Shown here: piece by piece, positions 61,950 to 64,000 of the stretch
Position numbering within the stretch: position 1 is the stretch's first letter
Layout: the number at the start of each line of letters is the position of its first letter
NCBI GenBank assembly: GCA_963722515.1
Contig: CAVRMA010000003.1
Location: 186,635-250,634 of the forward strand
Reading direction: 5' to 3'
Source of the DNA: an uncultured Alphaproteobacteria bacterium
GTDB taxonomy: Bacteria; Pseudomonadota; Alphaproteobacteria; Rhizobiales; Beijerinckiaceae
Length of the DNA stretch: 64,000 bases
Program-made: the position numbers and the translations under genes
Notes under the pieces: model-generated
Database searches by the model: none
Seen by the model: only the letters and a program-made list of their open reading frames with translations
What the model was told of the DNA's origin: nothing

Positions 61950-62956
61950 TCAGCGAACCGACTTAGCCATTGCGCGCGTGGGGCGCGTCTTCGTCCCGGT
62001 GGCGGTTTGCCGCAGAAGTCCCCATGATTTGGCGATGTGACAGGTAGACGAAATACCAGCGTCGAGCACAAAAGGGGCCAAGGGTCCGGACAAACCACGT
62101 ATCTTCGCGTCGATCGGTACGCCATGCGCCATTCCGTCGATGGCGTAATGCTCGACGACAACGGCCCCCGAGCTGTCGCGCCACGACATCCGCGTTTGAC
62201 CGTCAACCTCGTCTTGCGTCGCGCCGAACTCGTCGACTTGATGGATATCGATCCATTGCCCGACCAGGGCCGACGCATTGGCGGGCGCGACCACTTCGTC
62301 GTGACTGCCGTGCCAAATCGAAATTCTGGGCCATTTTTTTTGCTCAGGCGACGCCTGACGCACCAGATCGCCCCATTCCTGCGAAGACCGCCCAGGCGCG
62401 AAAGCCATGGCCCTCATCGCGTCGAAAGGTCCAAGCGCCGCTCCATAGGGGAGGCCCGCGATGATTGCCCCGGCCGCGAACAAATCGGGATAAGAAGCGA
62501 GAAGCGCGCAAGCCATTGCGCCGCGGCGGAAAGACCAGTCACAAACACACGGTTGCGATCCAGATTGTGGTCGCGCAGCATTTTTTCGACCATGGCGCGG
62601 ATCGACGCGATTTCTCCATCGTTGGAGCTGATGTGCCTCTCGATGAACCAATTGAAGCAATTCTGGGAATTATTCGCGCATTTCTGCTCGGGAAACATGA
62701 CCGCGAAGCCGTGCTTGCGGCCGAGCGCCAACCAGCCGGTGGCTAAATCGAAATCCCTAGCGGTCTGCTGACCGCCATGCAGGGCCACGACAAGCGCCGA
62801 AGACTTGGCCAGACCACGCGGAACGCAGGAATACATCCCCAGATTGCCCGGATTCGAGCCAAATTCCGCGTTCTCCTCCATCTTTTCGATTGGCTCCAGA
62901 AGTTCAGCGAACCTGCCGCCCGCTTCGGAGAAGGGGGCGGCAGGTTCCGGCAGCAC
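61950..62956 (-). pseudogene. PHB depolymerase family esterase (LpqC-like), frameshift near 62525
   Basis: FGSNPGNL, VALHG, CFNWF, FVTGLSA[fs]GAM, WHGSHD, GMAHG. Confidence 0.88.
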
Positions 62957-63088
62957 CTAGTCAAGGCCAAGAATGTTTAAACTGCCCCCATCCAGTTTTC
63001 AATCGGCAATGTGCGGAGCCGCGAAGCTTTATCAAGAGGGGTCAACCGGCGAGCGCAAATCCGTAAGCGTCACGGCAAGCGACAACCG

Positions 63089-64000
63089 TCATCGCCCATT
63101 TTGCAGCGGCACTGCCATTCGCAAGCGAAATCCCCCGGGCGCGAAATCGACCGTCACTTCCGCCGCGATTTGCTGCGGCAGCACTCGCTCGAGGAGCATC
63201 GAGCCAAACCCATCGCGGCAACGCGGCGTCACCAGCGGTCCCGCGAATTCGTTCCATTCGCATAACAGCGCGGGTTCGCCATCCTTCTCGATCAAGCTCC
63301 AGCCGACTTCGATCCGGCCTTCCGCCTTGGCAAGGGCGCCATGCCGGACGGCATTGGTCGTGAGTTCGTGGACTGCCATGCCGAGCGGCACCGCGATCTG
63401 CGAGGGCAACTCGACGGCAGGCCCGGAGAGGCGAATCCGAAGGCCTTGATCCCCGGAATAAGGGCCAAGTTCCTGGGTCAGCAATCGTTGAAAGGAAACC
63501 GATTGCTGGAGTTGCTCGGTCATGACGGCATGCGTCCTGGCGAGTGAAGCGATCCTCCCGGCAAAGGCTTCCTGAAACTCCTCGATGTTCGCGGAGGTCT
63601 TCGCGGTCGTGGTCATGACTCCTTGCACCATCGCCAGCGTGTTGCGGACCCGGTGATGCAACTCGCGGATAAGAAGCGCTTGCCGTTGTTCCGTTAGGAC
63701 ATGATCCGTTACGTCGTTGCCTTCGATGAAGATTCCGGTTACCTCGCCGTTCGCGCCCATGATCGGCTGCGCGACGAAATCGATGTAGTGTTCCTCTATC
63801 TCGCAATCCGGTGCGTCTTGCAGCAGAATACGCGTCTTGCGCCCGACGTGAACTTCGCCGGTTTTAAAAATCGCTTCCAGAATGCCGGGAAAATCCTGAC
63901 CTTCGGATTCGGGCAATCCCTCCCGTAAAGTTTTCCCGATGAGATCGCGGCCTCCGGCGAGCATCGAAAAAGCGATATTGACCAATTCGAAAACAAGGTT
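63089..64000 (-). CDS. PAS-containing HWE histidine kinase (5' end outside the window)
   Basis: ELHHRVRNTL, HELTTNAVRHGAL, WNE, GFGS. Confidence 0.92.
   Translation of the reverse strand, partial: NLVFELVNIAFSMLAGGRDLIGKTLREGLPESEGQDFPGILEAIFKTGEVHVGRKTRILLQDAPDCEIEEHYIDFVAQPIMGANGEVTGIFIEGNDVTDHVLTEQRQALLIRELHHRVRNTLAMVQGVMTTTAKTSANIEEFQEAFAGRIASLARTHAVMTEQLQQSVSFQRLLTQELGPYSGDQGLRIRLSGPAVELPSQIAVPLGMAVHELTTNAVRHGALAKAEGRIEVGWSLIEKDGEPALLCEWNEFAGPLVTPRCRDGFGSMLLERVLPQQIAAEVTVDFAPGGFRLRMAVPLQNGR

Overview
GC-rich alphaproteobacterial chromosome segment. Gene content and protein style suggest Hyphomicrobiales, probably Beijerinckiaceae; this is an inference. A housekeeping backbone (ychF, bluB, dnaG, rpoD, gor, class II DAHP synthase, nadE, gltX, cysS, cimA, atm1, tRNA-Lys, PBP1A, cyclophilin, uppP, infC) is interleaved with a five-gene Omp25/RopB-like porin array and two graveyards of nested, mostly decayed mobile elements (about 33.8-38.9 kb and 50.3-56.9 kb). 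These hold IS5, ISL2-type IS5, ISAs1, IS630, IS110/IS1111, IS200 and the 5' half of a group IIC intron. Main observations: (1) Decayed transposase genes of three unrelated IS families carry tiny stereotyped insertions. One is an 18-21 nt CCTTCGAC-N3-CTCAGG motif (five copies, four giving exactly +16 nt). The other is a CGAA-hairpin-GG(A/T) cassette (three copies, all in frame). Neither was seen in host genes. (2) An intact IS1111-type element has 3' non-coding guide segments matching the IS630 TTTAAAAAA frameshift motif, and it sits exactly in that motif, joining halves of two different IS630s. (3) A translationally coupled, diverged stand-alone copy of the DnaG C-terminal hairpin lies between dnaG and rpoD. 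Many host genes carry single frameshifts, so genome erosion and sequencing error both need to be considered. All family assignments come from motif recognition; no searches were run.
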